Source: Cyanobacteria bacterium P01_D01_bin.156 | GTDB lineage: Bacteria > Cyanobacteriota > Cyanobacteriia > Phormidesmidales > Phormidesmidaceae | NCBI GenBank assembly: GCA_039024555.1 | Contig: JBCCQQ010000063.1 | Coordinates: 1-35,608, forward strand | DNA: 35,608 nucleotides | Direction: 5' to 3' | In this document: positions 17,493-27,073 of the stretch, piece after piece | Position numbering within the stretch: position 1 is the first letter of the stretch | Layout: every line of letters starts with the position of its first letter | Translations under genes and position numbers: made by a program | Notes under the pieces: model-generated | Database searches by the model: none | The model's input: only the letters and a program-made list of their open reading frames with translations | Told to the model about the DNA's origin: nothing

Positions 17493-17762
17493 CTAAAATA
17501 CCTGATTCCATTCATACACTTCGTACTCGGTCCAAATGCCATTTTGCCAATAGGGATCATGTTCCACCAGCTGTCGTACAGCAGCTTCATCGGTGGCTTC
17601 ATAGGTACCAAATACTTTAGTGTTGTCGGTAGTCGGACCTAAGGATAATAGGACACCCTGCTCTTTTTGAGATTGCAACCCGGCAAGATGATCCGCACGG
17701 TAGGGTGTCCGCTTTTCCAAAGCATTCTCGCAATAGCTTCCCCACATAACAAACTTCGCCAT
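17493..17762 (-). CDS. YciI family protein
   Basis: 89 aa; KRTPYRADHL, LSLGPT, DPYWQNGIW. Confidence 0.92.
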   Translation of the reverse strand: MAKFVMWGSYCENALEKRTPYRADHLAGLQSQKEQGVLLSLGPTTDNTKVFGTYEATDEAAVRQLVEHDPYWQNGIWTEYEVYEWNQVF

Positions 17763-17798
17763 CGGTATTCCCCCATCAATTTTCCATTAGCCAGAATA

Positions 17799-18455
17799 CT
17801 AGACCGACGCATCAGCCGCTGCATCTAAACTGGCTCCCAATTTATCGGCAATCCCCTCAACCCAATTTTCATCCTGTTTGGTATAGCTACGGGGGGCATT
17901 CGCACCCAAAATCAACACCCCCTTTTCCCCCATGGGCTGGCAGATAATTCCTTGGGTGTTTTCGGGTAGATAGTTAAACTCCACCTTGCCAGGATACAAA
18001 TTTAAGTTCACCAAATAGACTGGCTTTTTTTTCGAGAGCACCCGCTCCAAAATGGGACCAACGGTCACCGCTTGATTAGGGCCAAGAACTCCCCGGCGCA
18101 TCAATACCTGGCCATCGTAATAAGCGACCAATGAGCGTGTAACCGTATTGGTGAGTAGCAAATGGGAGGCCCAGGCGAGCTCCGTTGCCGTATTTTCTGA
18201 CAGGCCTTCTGCCAGATCAAAGCCTTCTTCGCCTTCTAAGATGACGGCCTCTGGTGGCACTGGTTGAATCTGCCGCCAAAGCAGGGTAGTCAAAATCAAA
18301 ATGGCACTTAAAAATACCCCCACCACATCGGCCCGTGCTTGCGAGTCGGTGACCACAGGTGTGAGCAAACGATTGAGCATGAGCATTGTGCCGCCCACAG
18401 TTCCCACAATCAAAGGCAGTCGTCTGAGCCACTGATTTTCGTCTGCTTTAACCAT
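17799..18455 (-). CDS. Cofactor assembly of complex C subunit B (CCB2/CCB4 family, DUF2930)
   Basis: LRRLPL..G, NRL, QARAD, ELAWASHLLLTNT, VYLVNL.LYPG..EF.YLPENTQ. ATG 18455 with GGAG upstream. Confidence 0.87.
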   Translation of the reverse strand: MVKADENQWLRRLPLIVGTVGGTMLMLNRLLTPVVTDSQARADVVGVFLSAILILTTLLWRQIQPVPPEAVILEGEEGFDLAEGLSENTATELAWASHLLLTNTVTRSLVAYYDGQVLMRRGVLGPNQAVTVGPILERVLSKKKPVYLVNLNLYPGKVEFNYLPENTQGIICQPMGEKGVLILGANAPRSYTKQDENWVEGIADKLGASLDAAADASV

Positions 18456-18600
18456 GTAGTCTCCTAAGTTCTCCCAATGTATGCCAGGCCATGCCCACCG
18501 TACCATTGCCCTGACATACCTAAAAATCCGCTAATAATGATGTCTTTTATGAAATTCCTGATGTATCGTTAGCGATTAAATTCATCCACATTCTTTTGCT

Positions 18601-19941
18601 GTGAATTGGCTTTTACCTTTAGCCTTTATTTCCGCTCTCATTGGCCCTCGTCCTTGGCAGCCCGTTACTAGCCTTAATATGGCAACAGTCGATATTAGAC
18701 CCACGTGGGAATCTCCCTGGCTGCAGAGTCGTTTAGCCACAGATCCGGCTGCTGAAAAGATTCTCCAAAATTATGTGGCCGATCTAGTCAGCCTGGGGTT
18801 TTCAGCAGGCCAGCAAAGTGTTGCCATTGATGTGGGACGCTATCCAGTCGCCCAACATCAAGCCTCTCGCCGTCTGCCTGCAGCTTCGTTAACCAAGGTA
18901 GCAACTACATTGGCGGCCTTAGAAACCCACAGCATTAATCATCAGTTTGAAACCTGGGTTGGTTGGCGTGGCACCATTACCAATGGTGTGCTCCAGGGAG
19001 ATTTGATCGTCAAAGGGGCCTATGACCCACTGTTTGTCTGGGAGGAGGGAATCGCCCTTGGCAATACGCTGCAGCAACTGGGCATTCAGACCGTCACCGG
19101 TAAACTAATCGTGATCGATCGGTTTGTGATGAATTTCAACACCGATCCGCTGGAGTCTGGTCAATTACTTAAACAGGCTATCAATGCAGCCATCTGGGGA
19201 TGGGAAGTTAAAAAGCAGTATGCCACCCTACCTCCAGGCACTCCAAAACCTACGGTGCAAATTCAGGGGCCGGTAGAGCTAGCTTCGGCAGCTCCTACCA
19301 TTGATCAGGCCTCGGGCTGGCTAGTACGTCACAAATCCTTACCCCTGGCCATCATTCTCAAGGCGATGAATATCTACAGCAACAATGTCATGTCGGAGAT
19401 GGTGGCCAACATAGCAGGCGGTCCGGCCAACGTGGTTAAAATCGCCGAACAAATAGGTGTCCCCCCTGGCGAAATTAGCCTAATTAATGGTTCTGGTCTG
19501 GGAGAAGATAACCAACTGTCAGCTCGGGCTGTAATTATCTTAATGCGGGCGATTCAGACCAAACTGCAAACTCAAAACTTGAACTTTGCAGATCTTTTTC
19601 CAGTATCGGGTACAGATGTCGGCACCCTAATTGACCGTACCATCCCTCAACATGCTTCAGTTAAAACCGGTAGCCTAGCCGTTGTGAGTGCCTTAGCCGG
19701 AGCTTTTCCCACGGAAAAGAAAGAACTGGTTTGGTTTGCCATTGTGAACTATGGTTCAGGTTTAGAAACCCTGCGCAATCGCCAGGATCGTTTACTGACA
19801 GCGCTTGAAAATCAGTGGGAAAAAACCAGTCAGGTGCCCCAACAGATTAAGGCCACTCTTCAATTCAACAAAGATCCCTATCGCTTGGGTGATCCAAAAC
19901 GTAACGAACTTATTCAATCCCCGACGGCACAATTTCAGTAA
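18601..19941 (+). CDS. dacB: D-Ala-D-Ala carboxypeptidase/endopeptidase (PBP4, peptidase S13)
   Basis: SxxK (ASLTK), SxN (YSNN), NGSGL, KTGS; N-terminal signal-like segment. Confidence 0.92.
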   Translation: MNWLLPLAFISALIGPRPWQPVTSLNMATVDIRPTWESPWLQSRLATDPAAEKILQNYVADLVSLGFSAGQQSVAIDVGRYPVAQHQASRRLPAASLTKVATTLAALETHSINHQFETWVGWRGTITNGVLQGDLIVKGAYDPLFVWEEGIALGNTLQQLGIQTVTGKLIVIDRFVMNFNTDPLESGQLLKQAINAAIWGWEVKKQYATLPPGTPKPTVQIQGPVELASAAPTIDQASGWLVRHKSLPLAIILKAMNIYSNNVMSEMVANIAGGPANVVKIAEQIGVPPGEISLINGSGLGEDNQLSARAVIILMRAIQTKLQTQNLNFADLFPVSGTDVGTLIDRTIPQHASVKTGSLAVVSALAGAFPTEKKELVWFAIVNYGSGLETLRNRQDRLLTALENQWEKTSQVPQQIKATLQFNKDPYRLGDPKRNELIQSPTAQFQ

Positions 19942-21064
19942 CAACCTCATTCCCGGTAACTACTACGGTTTGTCGGTCCAGATTACCAACAGCGCGATCA
20001 CCATTGACCGTGGCCGCTGGCTCTTGCTGCCTGTAGCTCACATTGCCTCGACCATCCACATCCTGGGTTTGGATATTCCAGGTAAGCTGCTCTGCCAATA
20101 ACGATGAACCTCGATTTTGAGCAGCTGCCTGCACACGACCGTTAAGCACCAAAATCTGAGTGTTGAGATCTAAGCGACCCTGGTTAGCATTGGCGATTAA
20201 TTTCCGCTTAGGGTGCTGAATCTTAACCGGTTTATCGATGACCACATTACCATCAGCGACATTCCAAACAGCAATGTCGCTATTAGTTTGTAGCGGAATA
20301 TCAAGAGCGTTTAACTGCACTTGTTGTTGCAATGTGGCCTGCTGTTTTATTAGGTCAAATTCTCCTTGATTACCTACCAAGCGACTGATGACTGTGTCAT
20401 CCTCTTGGGCTACATAGCGCTCCATTTGCAAGGGTTTATCCGTTGTCAGCTTGTCTTCCTCAAGCAACAACACCATTTTTTCAGTTTTGAATCCAATCCA
20501 AGGCTCTTGAGTCGTATTGGCAACTACGCCCTTGAACAACTCCAAGCGTTTACTTTTGTTAAAGAGCCTAGCCTCTTGAGCTGTAGCCGTTAGCTGAGGA
20601 TGTTCTCCGAGAATGCTATCTCGGACCATGAGCAAATCATCCTCAGGAGTCCACTCCAAACTTTCCCCTTTGAGGATAATGTCCTCATCCGGACTGGTCG
20701 CTACAATATTTCCCTGCAGAAAGATAGATTTACCATCTTCTCGAATTTCTCCCTGATCGGCTTTAACCTTATAGATAACTTTGCCATCCTGAAACAGCTC
20801 ACCCTCTGGTGACGTAAGACTGGCCAAACGCCTATCTGGACTGTAGGTGGCTGCTTTTGCTTCCACTCGCCAAAGCAGCTCGCCATTTTCATCAGGCTGC
20901 TCCAAGGTGACGTCCTTCAGAGTAAGTTCTGGTTCGGTCTGTTCGGTACTTTCTTGATTCTGAAGACTTTCTAGCGTGTCGCTCGACGATTGACAGGTCC
21001 GCACAGCCACAATAATTACAGTGATTAATACTGCAATTATTGTGAACCGGTACCACTTACTCAT
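19910..21064 (-). CDS. lptC: LPS export periplasmic protein LptC (long cyanobacterial form)
   Basis: N-terminal membrane anchor, TLEQ.DENG.LLW.V.A motif, repeated beta-jellyroll-like segments. Confidence 0.85.
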   Translation of the reverse strand: MSKWYRFTIIAVLITVIIVAVRTCQSSSDTLESLQNQESTEQTEPELTLKDVTLEQPDENGELLWRVEAKAATYSPDRRLASLTSPEGELFQDGKVIYKVKADQGEIREDGKSIFLQGNIVATSPDEDIILKGESLEWTPEDDLLMVRDSILGEHPQLTATAQEARLFNKSKRLELFKGVVANTTQEPWIGFKTEKMVLLLEEDKLTTDKPLQMERYVAQEDDTVISRLVGNQGEFDLIKQQATLQQQVQLNALDIPLQTNSDIAVWNVADGNVVIDKPVKIQHPKRKLIANANQGRLDLNTQILVLNGRVQAAAQNRGSSLLAEQLTWNIQTQDVDGRGNVSYRQQEPAATVNGDRAVGNLDRQTVVVTGNEVVTEIVPSGIE

Positions 21065-21125
21065 ATGGTGTAACTGACTTTACTAGCAATAGATTCCGCC
21101 AGTCTATCCTAACGGATTCTTGCCT

Positions 21126-21767
21126 TTAAACCTGTTGGTCGCTGGTGACTTCTTCCTCTTCCATAACGGGGCTTAAACTCGTCAAAGGACGATAGGTATA
21201 TCCATGACTGTGGCTGCGGGCAGTTTTCTTAATGTCGTCCTTAACGGTATCTAAATCGATGTAACGGTCAGACACATTAATAAGGCTGTCGCTGGTCATG
21301 GAGCGTAGGCTAACAACTTCTACTCTGACACCCCGATAGCTGGCAGCATCAACTGCATAGGCCAAATCTCCATCGCCACTGACTAAGATAGCTGTGTCGT
21401 AGCACCCTACTAGGGCCATCATATCAACTGCAATTTCCACATCCAGGTTGGCCTTTTTCGAACCATCAGGAAGCTGCACTAAGTCTTTAGCAATAACGCG
21501 ATAACCATTACGACGCATCCATAACAGAAAGCCCTGCTGCTTTTCGTTGGTTCGGTCCACACCGGTATAGAAAAATGCGCGAAATAGTCGAGAGCCTGCG
21601 GTTAAACGACAGAGTAACTTGGTGTAATCGATTTCAATACCAAGCTGAAGCGCCGCATAAAATAAGTTTGAGCCATCAATAAAAATTGCAACTCTACCGC
21701 GATTTTCTAATACTTGCTCCGGGGTGAATCCGGGATCATGGCTAAGGGTATTACGGTGATTCAACAT
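21126..21767 (-). CDS. lalA: LabA/DUF88 NYN-domain protein, LalA-like
   Basis: RVAIFIDGSNLFY, KKANLDVEIAVDM, ILVSGDGD. The lalA orthology is from memory of the family. Confidence 0.85.
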   Translation of the reverse strand: MLNHRNTLSHDPGFTPEQVLENRGRVAIFIDGSNLFYAALQLGIEIDYTKLLCRLTAGSRLFRAFFYTGVDRTNEKQQGFLLWMRRNGYRVIAKDLVQLPDGSKKANLDVEIAVDMMALVGCYDTAILVSGDGDLAYAVDAASYRGVRVEVVSLRSMTSDSLINVSDRYIDLDTVKDDIKKTARSHSHGYTYRPLTSLSPVMEEEEVTSDQQV

Positions 21768-22216
21768 AACTTAATCCTGTCCGTTTATTATGATTTACGT
21801 TCCAAACACGTGGCTAAAATCGACCTTAAATAATTCCTCAGTCCTCTTAGGTAATTGAGGAGAATTTATCAAACGTTTACAAGGGCATCAGCAGTGGGAA
21901 ACCGCAATTTAATTGAGCTGCCACGCACACTTTTTATAGTGTTCTAAATTTGCTGGTCAACCTGCTGAAAAAACCTACATGATGTCAGTTTTATGGGATT
22001 GGTCTAATCATACATGAGGCTTTTAGAGATGAAAGCAATGACGCTGTAACTTAATTTCTTCTCAAGAAGTAGAAAATAAATGTGAGCGAAAAATTGGGGC
22101 GTATTTTTTGCAAAACTGAAGAGAATTTAAACTCTTCTGAATATCTATCTATAGCCATCAACAAGTAAGTTAACAAGGATTTATTTTGCTATATAAAATC
22201 ACATGTCTTGAAACGC

Positions 22217-22238
22217 TGATAAAAGCTGATTATTATCA
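22217..22238. promoter_or_regulatory. Candidate Fur-family box upstream of exbB
   Basis: TGATAAAAGCTGATTATTATCA, containing a perfect ATTATCA half-site and TGATAA/TTATCA inverted ends, 57 bp before the start. Confidence 0.4.
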
Positions 22239-22295
22239 CGAATAACTTTATGTAAGTGTCAACGTCGCCAATACGCAATTAAAGGGACGAAATTT

Positions 22296-22946
22296 GTGGG
22301 ATTTTTGAAAATATTGACCGCTGGTGGTGTGGTGGTGTGGCCTTTATTGATGGCCTCCATCGGAGTGGTGGCATTAATTTTGGAGCGTGGCTTATTTTGG
22401 TGGCAAATTTATCAACGCCAGGACCAAGTCATTAAGACGTTTCTGGTGGATTATGACCAGCAACCAAAAGCAGCAATCCAACGGTTAAATCAAGAGCAGT
22501 CCTTGCCAATGGTGCGCATTTTTTTGGCGGCACTGTCCTTGGAGCAAGCAACCCCAGATGAGTTTAAGTTGGCGATGGAAAGTGCTGCCCAAGCTGAAAT
22601 TCCTAGGTTGAAGCGCTTTAGCACCGTATTTGAGACGGTGGTGGGGGTAGCTCCCCTGCTTGGTCTGCTGGGAACAATTCTTGGGTTGATCAGTGCTTTG
22701 TCGTCGTTACAAATTGGTGATGTGGGTACGGCTAAGGCTGCAGGGGTGACAGCGGGTATCGGAGAGGCGCTGGTGTCAACCGCCATCGGTCTGGTGGTGG
22801 CTATGGTAACGCTGCTGTTTGCCAATGTTTTTCAGGGGTTATATCGGCGACAGCGCGCTGCGATCGCAGACTACGGCGGTCAGTTAGAAATTGCCTATCG
22901 GCGCTACTACCGTACATTTGCCAACCGCCAGGGATTACCCCATTAA
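22296..22946 (+). CDS. exbB: MotA/TolQ/ExbB proton channel family protein
   Basis: GG.V.WPL, ILER, APLLGLLGT..GLI, GI.EALVSTA.GL.VA. Confidence 0.92.
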   Translation: MGFLKILTAGGVVVWPLLMASIGVVALILERGLFWWQIYQRQDQVIKTFLVDYDQQPKAAIQRLNQEQSLPMVRIFLAALSLEQATPDEFKLAMESAAQAEIPRLKRFSTVFETVVGVAPLLGLLGTILGLISALSSLQIGDVGTAKAAGVTAGIGEALVSTAIGLVVAMVTLLFANVFQGLYRRQRAAIADYGGQLEIAYRRYYRTFANRQGLPH

Positions 22947-22956
22947 AATTTGACCA

Positions 22957-22984
22957 TTGCCTATGGTTAAACGAGCCATAGCAA
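22957..22984 (+). terminator. Hairpin just after exbB
   Basis: TTGC-CTATGGTT-AAACG-AGCCATAG-CAA, 10 nt after the stop. Confidence 0.4.
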
Positions 22985-23220
22985 GTATGGCCAGCCAGGG
23001 CTGCACCCCATTGGAAGGTCTCGACAAATCACTTACCTTATTTTTTAGTACCCAGTAAATTAGTTAGTGAATTTGCTTATTTAGCACTTTTACAAGCGGG
23101 ATACACAGAATAATCTAGAAAAGGTTAAAGATAAACGTATCATCGACCAAATAACGTCTAAAGACGTAAGTTGATGAAGGTGTCACCACAGCAACATTAG
23201 GTTCTTGTATCGAAGGTTTT

Positions 23221-24042
23221 ATGGGCGATCGTCGTTGGGTCAAAATCGGAGTGTATGTTGGCGCATTTTGCCTAGCCATGGTGGTTACTGTAATTCTGGC
23301 CACTACTTATAAAGTAGTCTTTGGGCCGCCTCAGGTAGTTGTTGCCTCGCCATCCACCGCTGTAGCAGCCGAAGAGGTCACCCAGCCTATCAATTCCGTA
23401 AACGCTCCCCCTCCTAAACTTGAGGGTGGGTTTATCTACACTGCCAACAACGGTGGTCCCACCTATACTCCCAATGAGCGGGTAGCCCTGGCAGACCCAA
23501 CTAACTATGGTGAACGCTACACCGTTGATGCCTATGGGCAGCCTCTTTCTAACGACTACATTGCGGTGCTGCACGAAACGGTATGGAGTGCCAGCAGCGC
23601 CATTAATACCTTTCAGACATACCACCCTCGCGATGAGGATCAGGCCAGCTACCATACCCTCATTGACCGCGACGGTACAGTGATTTACATTGTCCCACCG
23701 GACAAACGGGCCTATGGTGCTGGAAATTCAGTATTTGATGGTCCCAACGGATCGGAAACCGTGGTGACCAATACAAAGTTTGCCTCATCGGTGAATAACT
23801 TTGCTTATCATATTTCCTTAGTTACCCCGTCAGATGGGCAAAATAATGCGTCTTCCCACAGTGGATATACTGACGCTCAATACCAGTCTTTAGCCTGGCT
23901 CATGGCTCGTACGACCATCCCTGATCAGCGGATTACGACCCATGCCCTAGTGGATCGCTCCGGTTCTCGCCAAGATCCCCGTAGTTTTAACTGGCCCCAT
24001 TTCTTGGAGTATTTGCACCAGTATCCGGGGCGACAGGCGTAG
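23221..24042 (+). CDS. N-acetylmuramoyl-L-alanine amidase (Amidase_2/PGRP-like), membrane-anchored
   Basis: N-terminal TM; VLHET, ASYH..I.RDG, RAYGAG, YTDAQY.SL, ITTH, R.DP..F.W. Confidence 0.9.
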   Translation: MGDRRWVKIGVYVGAFCLAMVVTVILATTYKVVFGPPQVVVASPSTAVAAEEVTQPINSVNAPPPKLEGGFIYTANNGGPTYTPNERVALADPTNYGERYTVDAYGQPLSNDYIAVLHETVWSASSAINTFQTYHPRDEDQASYHTLIDRDGTVIYIVPPDKRAYGAGNSVFDGPNGSETVVTNTKFASSVNNFAYHISLVTPSDGQNNASSHSGYTDAQYQSLAWLMARTTIPDQRITTHALVDRSGSRQDPRSFNWPHFLEYLHQYPGRQA

Positions 24043-24060
24043 AGTGGGCAGAGCTTTTTT

Positions 24061-24131
24061 GAGTTCGGAGGTTAGGGTTCGGAAGGAGGAAATCCTTCCC
24101 CTTCTGAATTCCGACTTCCTACTTTCGAATT
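24061..24131. repeat. Degenerate STRR-type heptamer inverted repeat between convergent genes
   Basis: GAGTTCG GAGGTTA GGGTTCG GAAGG ... CCTTC ... TTCTGAA TTCCGAC TTCCTAC TTTCGAA. Confidence 0.6.
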
Positions 24132-24144
24132 GACTAGTTAGGAT

Positions 24145-25113
24145 CTAACCTTCGGCGGCTCCTACTTGCACCTTATCTAACCACAGCTCCAAATTGAGAT
24201 CGTAGTAACCTTCCTGACCCGATGGATAATCGCCCTCCTCAATAGCATTAATAATGTTGGGTAGGGCCGCGATATAGTCTTTACCACGTGCTACAGGATG
24301 TAGAGTCCATGCATTGGGGTTGGATAGTGTGGCACGCCAAGCATTGGTACGTTCGAGCTCGCGGGAAATCATGACTTCCCAAGAATCCATTTTGCCGCGG
24401 CCAGTCAAGTAATTTAGCCAGGTGAGTACCCGTGCTGGTAACTGTTTTAGCCACTCATTTTTATAGTCCATCCACAGCACAGGAATCGGTAAAAAAGCAT
24501 CAAAGTTCTGCTTTTTGAGCAAATAGGCGCGGCTACCAAAAAACTTAAATCGATAAAATCCGTCATCCCGTTCGTAAGGCACCCGCTGGTGTAGCGTACC
24601 GTCGGCCCGCGGCGGTCCCGATAGGGGACGAATGAATAACACATCTGGCCGTTTTTCCATCAGTTCGATCCCTTCGGTAATCCAACTATGGCCTTGTTTT
24701 TGGTACTGCAGCATATCGCTGTCAAAATGCACCACATAGTCACCGACGGTTTCTTCAAGGGAGAAGATGGTTCCTAAAATGGGGTAGCCCTTCCAATTGT
24801 GGGTAGGTTTGGGCACCGAACCAAAGTGTTTTTTATACACTCGCTGGCGATAAACATCGTCGTAGTTCATATCCACGAGACGATCTACCACACCCATATC
24901 CATCAACCGAGTACAGTTCTCTCGCAGTTGTTCCAGGGTGCCAATGCCAGGACGATTAACCTTATCTCCGGTTAAAGGCGCCGTATCTAGAAACAGGACC
25001 TTTTCCACAAAGGAATAATGGCTAGTACGTACCAAATGGGGAATTGTCTCCATCATGAAGGGAATATCGGTGCGGGCCACCATGATAGAGAGTGAACAAC
25101 GTGCAGGAGTCAT
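24145..25113 (-). CDS. GT-A fold (GT2-like) glycosyltransferase, uncharacterised
   Basis: GDYVVHFDSDML DxD motif; last gene of the glycan locus. ATG 25113 avoids overlap with the upstream gene. Confidence 0.7.
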   Translation of the reverse strand: MTPARCSLSIMVARTDIPFMMETIPHLVRTSHYSFVEKVLFLDTAPLTGDKVNRPGIGTLEQLRENCTRLMDMGVVDRLVDMNYDDVYRQRVYKKHFGSVPKPTHNWKGYPILGTIFSLEETVGDYVVHFDSDMLQYQKQGHSWITEGIELMEKRPDVLFIRPLSGPPRADGTLHQRVPYERDDGFYRFKFFGSRAYLLKKQNFDAFLPIPVLWMDYKNEWLKQLPARVLTWLNYLTGRGKMDSWEVMISRELERTNAWRATLSNPNAWTLHPVARGKDYIAALPNIINAIEEGDYPSGQEGYYDLNLELWLDKVQVGAAEG

Positions 25114-25219
25114 AGGGCTAGGGTGGGCATGACCCACTGGAGAATTAGCGAATGGGCAATGGGAAACGAGCGCATGGCATAGGTTGGGTTTTGGTAAGTT
25201 CACCCCAACCCTGTAATTA

Positions 25220-26146
25220 TCAATTTTTCTGTTGTGCCAACCGCCCAAGCATCGTTTTTAATCGATGTATCGGTTGAGATGCAACCTTCTCTGATGCATT
25301 GGCAGTAGGCTGAGCATCTGGGTCATCCAGATATCGATAATATTCCCAAACATCGCGATAAGGGCCCCCTGGACCCATGGGCGTACCGGCCCAGTGTAAG
25401 TAGCGCAACCGGGTCTCACCGTCATACAGAACGTGATCTCGGGCAATAAAATGTTTCATGCCCCCCCAGCTGCCGGGTTCTCTGGGGTTGACCTGGGTAA
25501 TGTTCAACGGGTTATCAATGCTGTTGAGCACCAAATAGTTCATGATGGGTTGATCTGTGGTACCCCCAGAAAAGTCAAAGTAATCACGATTTTGGGCACA
25601 TTCTTCTAATCGAGCACACATTTGTTCTAAGGTAATGGTGCCTTTTTTGGAACCCCAGAGACCGCTATTGAATAATGAGTTAACAATATCTGCAGGGAAA
25701 ATACCCCGTTCAATAACACTGGGGGAAAAAACATCTCGCAGTTTTCGCCCCTTAAAATGGTAGTCGCAACAAATAAAGTCAGCTTGGTCCAGATAAGACA
25801 ATATATTTGAAATGGGCTCAAAAAAGAGAATATCGGTATCCACATAAAGAAACTCATCTAGTGGCCCAAACCAAGCAGCGAGTTTACGCATTTTGTTGGG
25901 CAATGCTAGAAAATCTCGGGGAAAAATATCGCTAATTTTTTGTGTAAAGGTGTTTAGAAACGTCAGGTCAGGAAACAACTGCACCTGGTACAAGGCATTG
26001 AGCTTTTGGAATAGCCCTTGATAGTCATCGTTAAACGGAATCATGTACACGGGTACATGGGGATCGTGACGTCGAATGCTGGCTAAAAGTGCGATCGCAT
26101 TTTCCGCTACCTTACGATTGGCAACAATATAAACACCACGAACCAT
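25220..26146 (-). CDS. GT8-like sugar transferase (Npun_R2821/R2822-type family)
   Basis: RG.Y..AN, GPLDEFLYVDTD (DxD), FNSGL, DQPIMNY, LRYLHW. Confidence 0.8.
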   Translation of the reverse strand: MVRGVYIVANRKVAENAIALLASIRRHDPHVPVYMIPFNDDYQGLFQKLNALYQVQLFPDLTFLNTFTQKISDIFPRDFLALPNKMRKLAAWFGPLDEFLYVDTDILFFEPISNILSYLDQADFICCDYHFKGRKLRDVFSPSVIERGIFPADIVNSLFNSGLWGSKKGTITLEQMCARLEECAQNRDYFDFSGGTTDQPIMNYLVLNSIDNPLNITQVNPREPGSWGGMKHFIARDHVLYDGETRLRYLHWAGTPMGPGGPYRDVWEYYRYLDDPDAQPTANASEKVASQPIHRLKTMLGRLAQQKN

Positions 26147-26175
26147 AGTGACGTCTCCTTACAGTCAATAAAGTA

Positions 26176-27039
26176 CTAGACATGAACAGGGTGTGTAGCA
26201 GCACCATAGCCATAGGTAGGGTGCAAATTCTCTTGAATGAACGCATCCATATGCTTAATTGCTGCGGCAGATAGTTCCTGTTTGTATCCTCCTACGATGC
26301 CTTTTCGAGTCTTGAGTTGATGGGTCTGGGGTTGGTTCACCATCGTTTTTAGAACCCCTGCCCGGACCCTGTCAGACCCATTAATTTCGATTGAACGCAT
26401 ATTCTTAAATGAGCCAAATTCAATAGCTGATTGAATCACTTGAGGGGGGATAGTTACCCCCAGAAATGTTAGTACCTTTTCAAGTTCTCCATAGGTATTC
26501 GCTTTCATATCTTCGTAGCGAATTGTCATAAAGTCAGACGGTATATGGCGATGCTGATACCAGTTGTTATAGTCATTGACATAGACTGCCAGCTCGGGGC
26601 TATTTAGGATAAAGGCATTAATATCGGCATAGGTTTCATAGAGCTTTTTATGCTGGTGATATCTCGAGACTAGGGCATCCCGAGGGTCACGTACCAACAA
26701 AATCACCTTTTGCCGCTCGTAGGAGCCAAACTGGCCGTATTTCTCATGAATCGCTTTTATAGACGGTAGGTTCGGATTACGTTCAGAAAATGAAAAGAGA
26801 TAGTGTAAATTGACGTCTTCCACATTGTGGGCCAGCTGCATGGCTCGGCCTAGCATAATGCGCAGCCATGTGCGACCACAGTTAGTGGGTGAAATAAGCA
26901 GATAATCCGCTGTTTGGCGCTCACGAACATGCTTTTGTTTTTCAGTTTCATAGCTGCGTCGAACCTTACGCCGGACACGCTCCAACCATAGGTATGTCGG
27001 TTTATGAAACTGAAAAATAATTTTCTCAAGATGTTTCAT
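26176..27039 (-). CDS. PAPS-dependent sulfotransferase domain protein
   Basis: PSB-loop-like LISPTNCGRTWLR, 3'-PB LVRDPRDALVS, RYEDM, RKG.VGGYK. Start 27039 or 27063. Confidence 0.85.
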   Translation of the reverse strand: MKHLEKIIFQFHKPTYLWLERVRRKVRRSYETEKQKHVRERQTADYLLISPTNCGRTWLRIMLGRAMQLAHNVEDVNLHYLFSFSERNPNLPSIKAIHEKYGQFGSYERQKVILLVRDPRDALVSRYHQHKKLYETYADINAFILNSPELAVYVNDYNNWYQHRHIPSDFMTIRYEDMKANTYGELEKVLTFLGVTIPPQVIQSAIEFGSFKNMRSIEINGSDRVRAGVLKTMVNQPQTHQLKTRKGIVGGYKQELSAAAIKHMDAFIQENLHPTYGYGAATHPVHV

Positions 27040-27073
27040 ATCGTTGGCTTTAATACATAGCAAGGTAAAGGCG

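Noticed and set aside
21885..21930. GTGG-GAAA-CCGC hairpin and CTGCC near exbB, suggesting a cobalamin or c-di-GMP riboswitch
   Set aside because: The remaining conserved elements could not be found; an Infernal/Rfam scan would settle it.
23160..23170. AAAGACGTAAG shared with the 50-bp palindrome arm
   Set aside because: An 11-bp match within 35 kb is compatible with chance.
23115..23303. 62-aa minus-strand ORF upstream of the amidase
   Set aside because: Overlaps the amidase start in antisense; no motif or RBS.
25114..25248. Longer start for the GT-A gene
   Set aside because: Overlaps the upstream gene and crosses degenerate heptamer-like intergenic sequence; ATG 25113 is more plausible.
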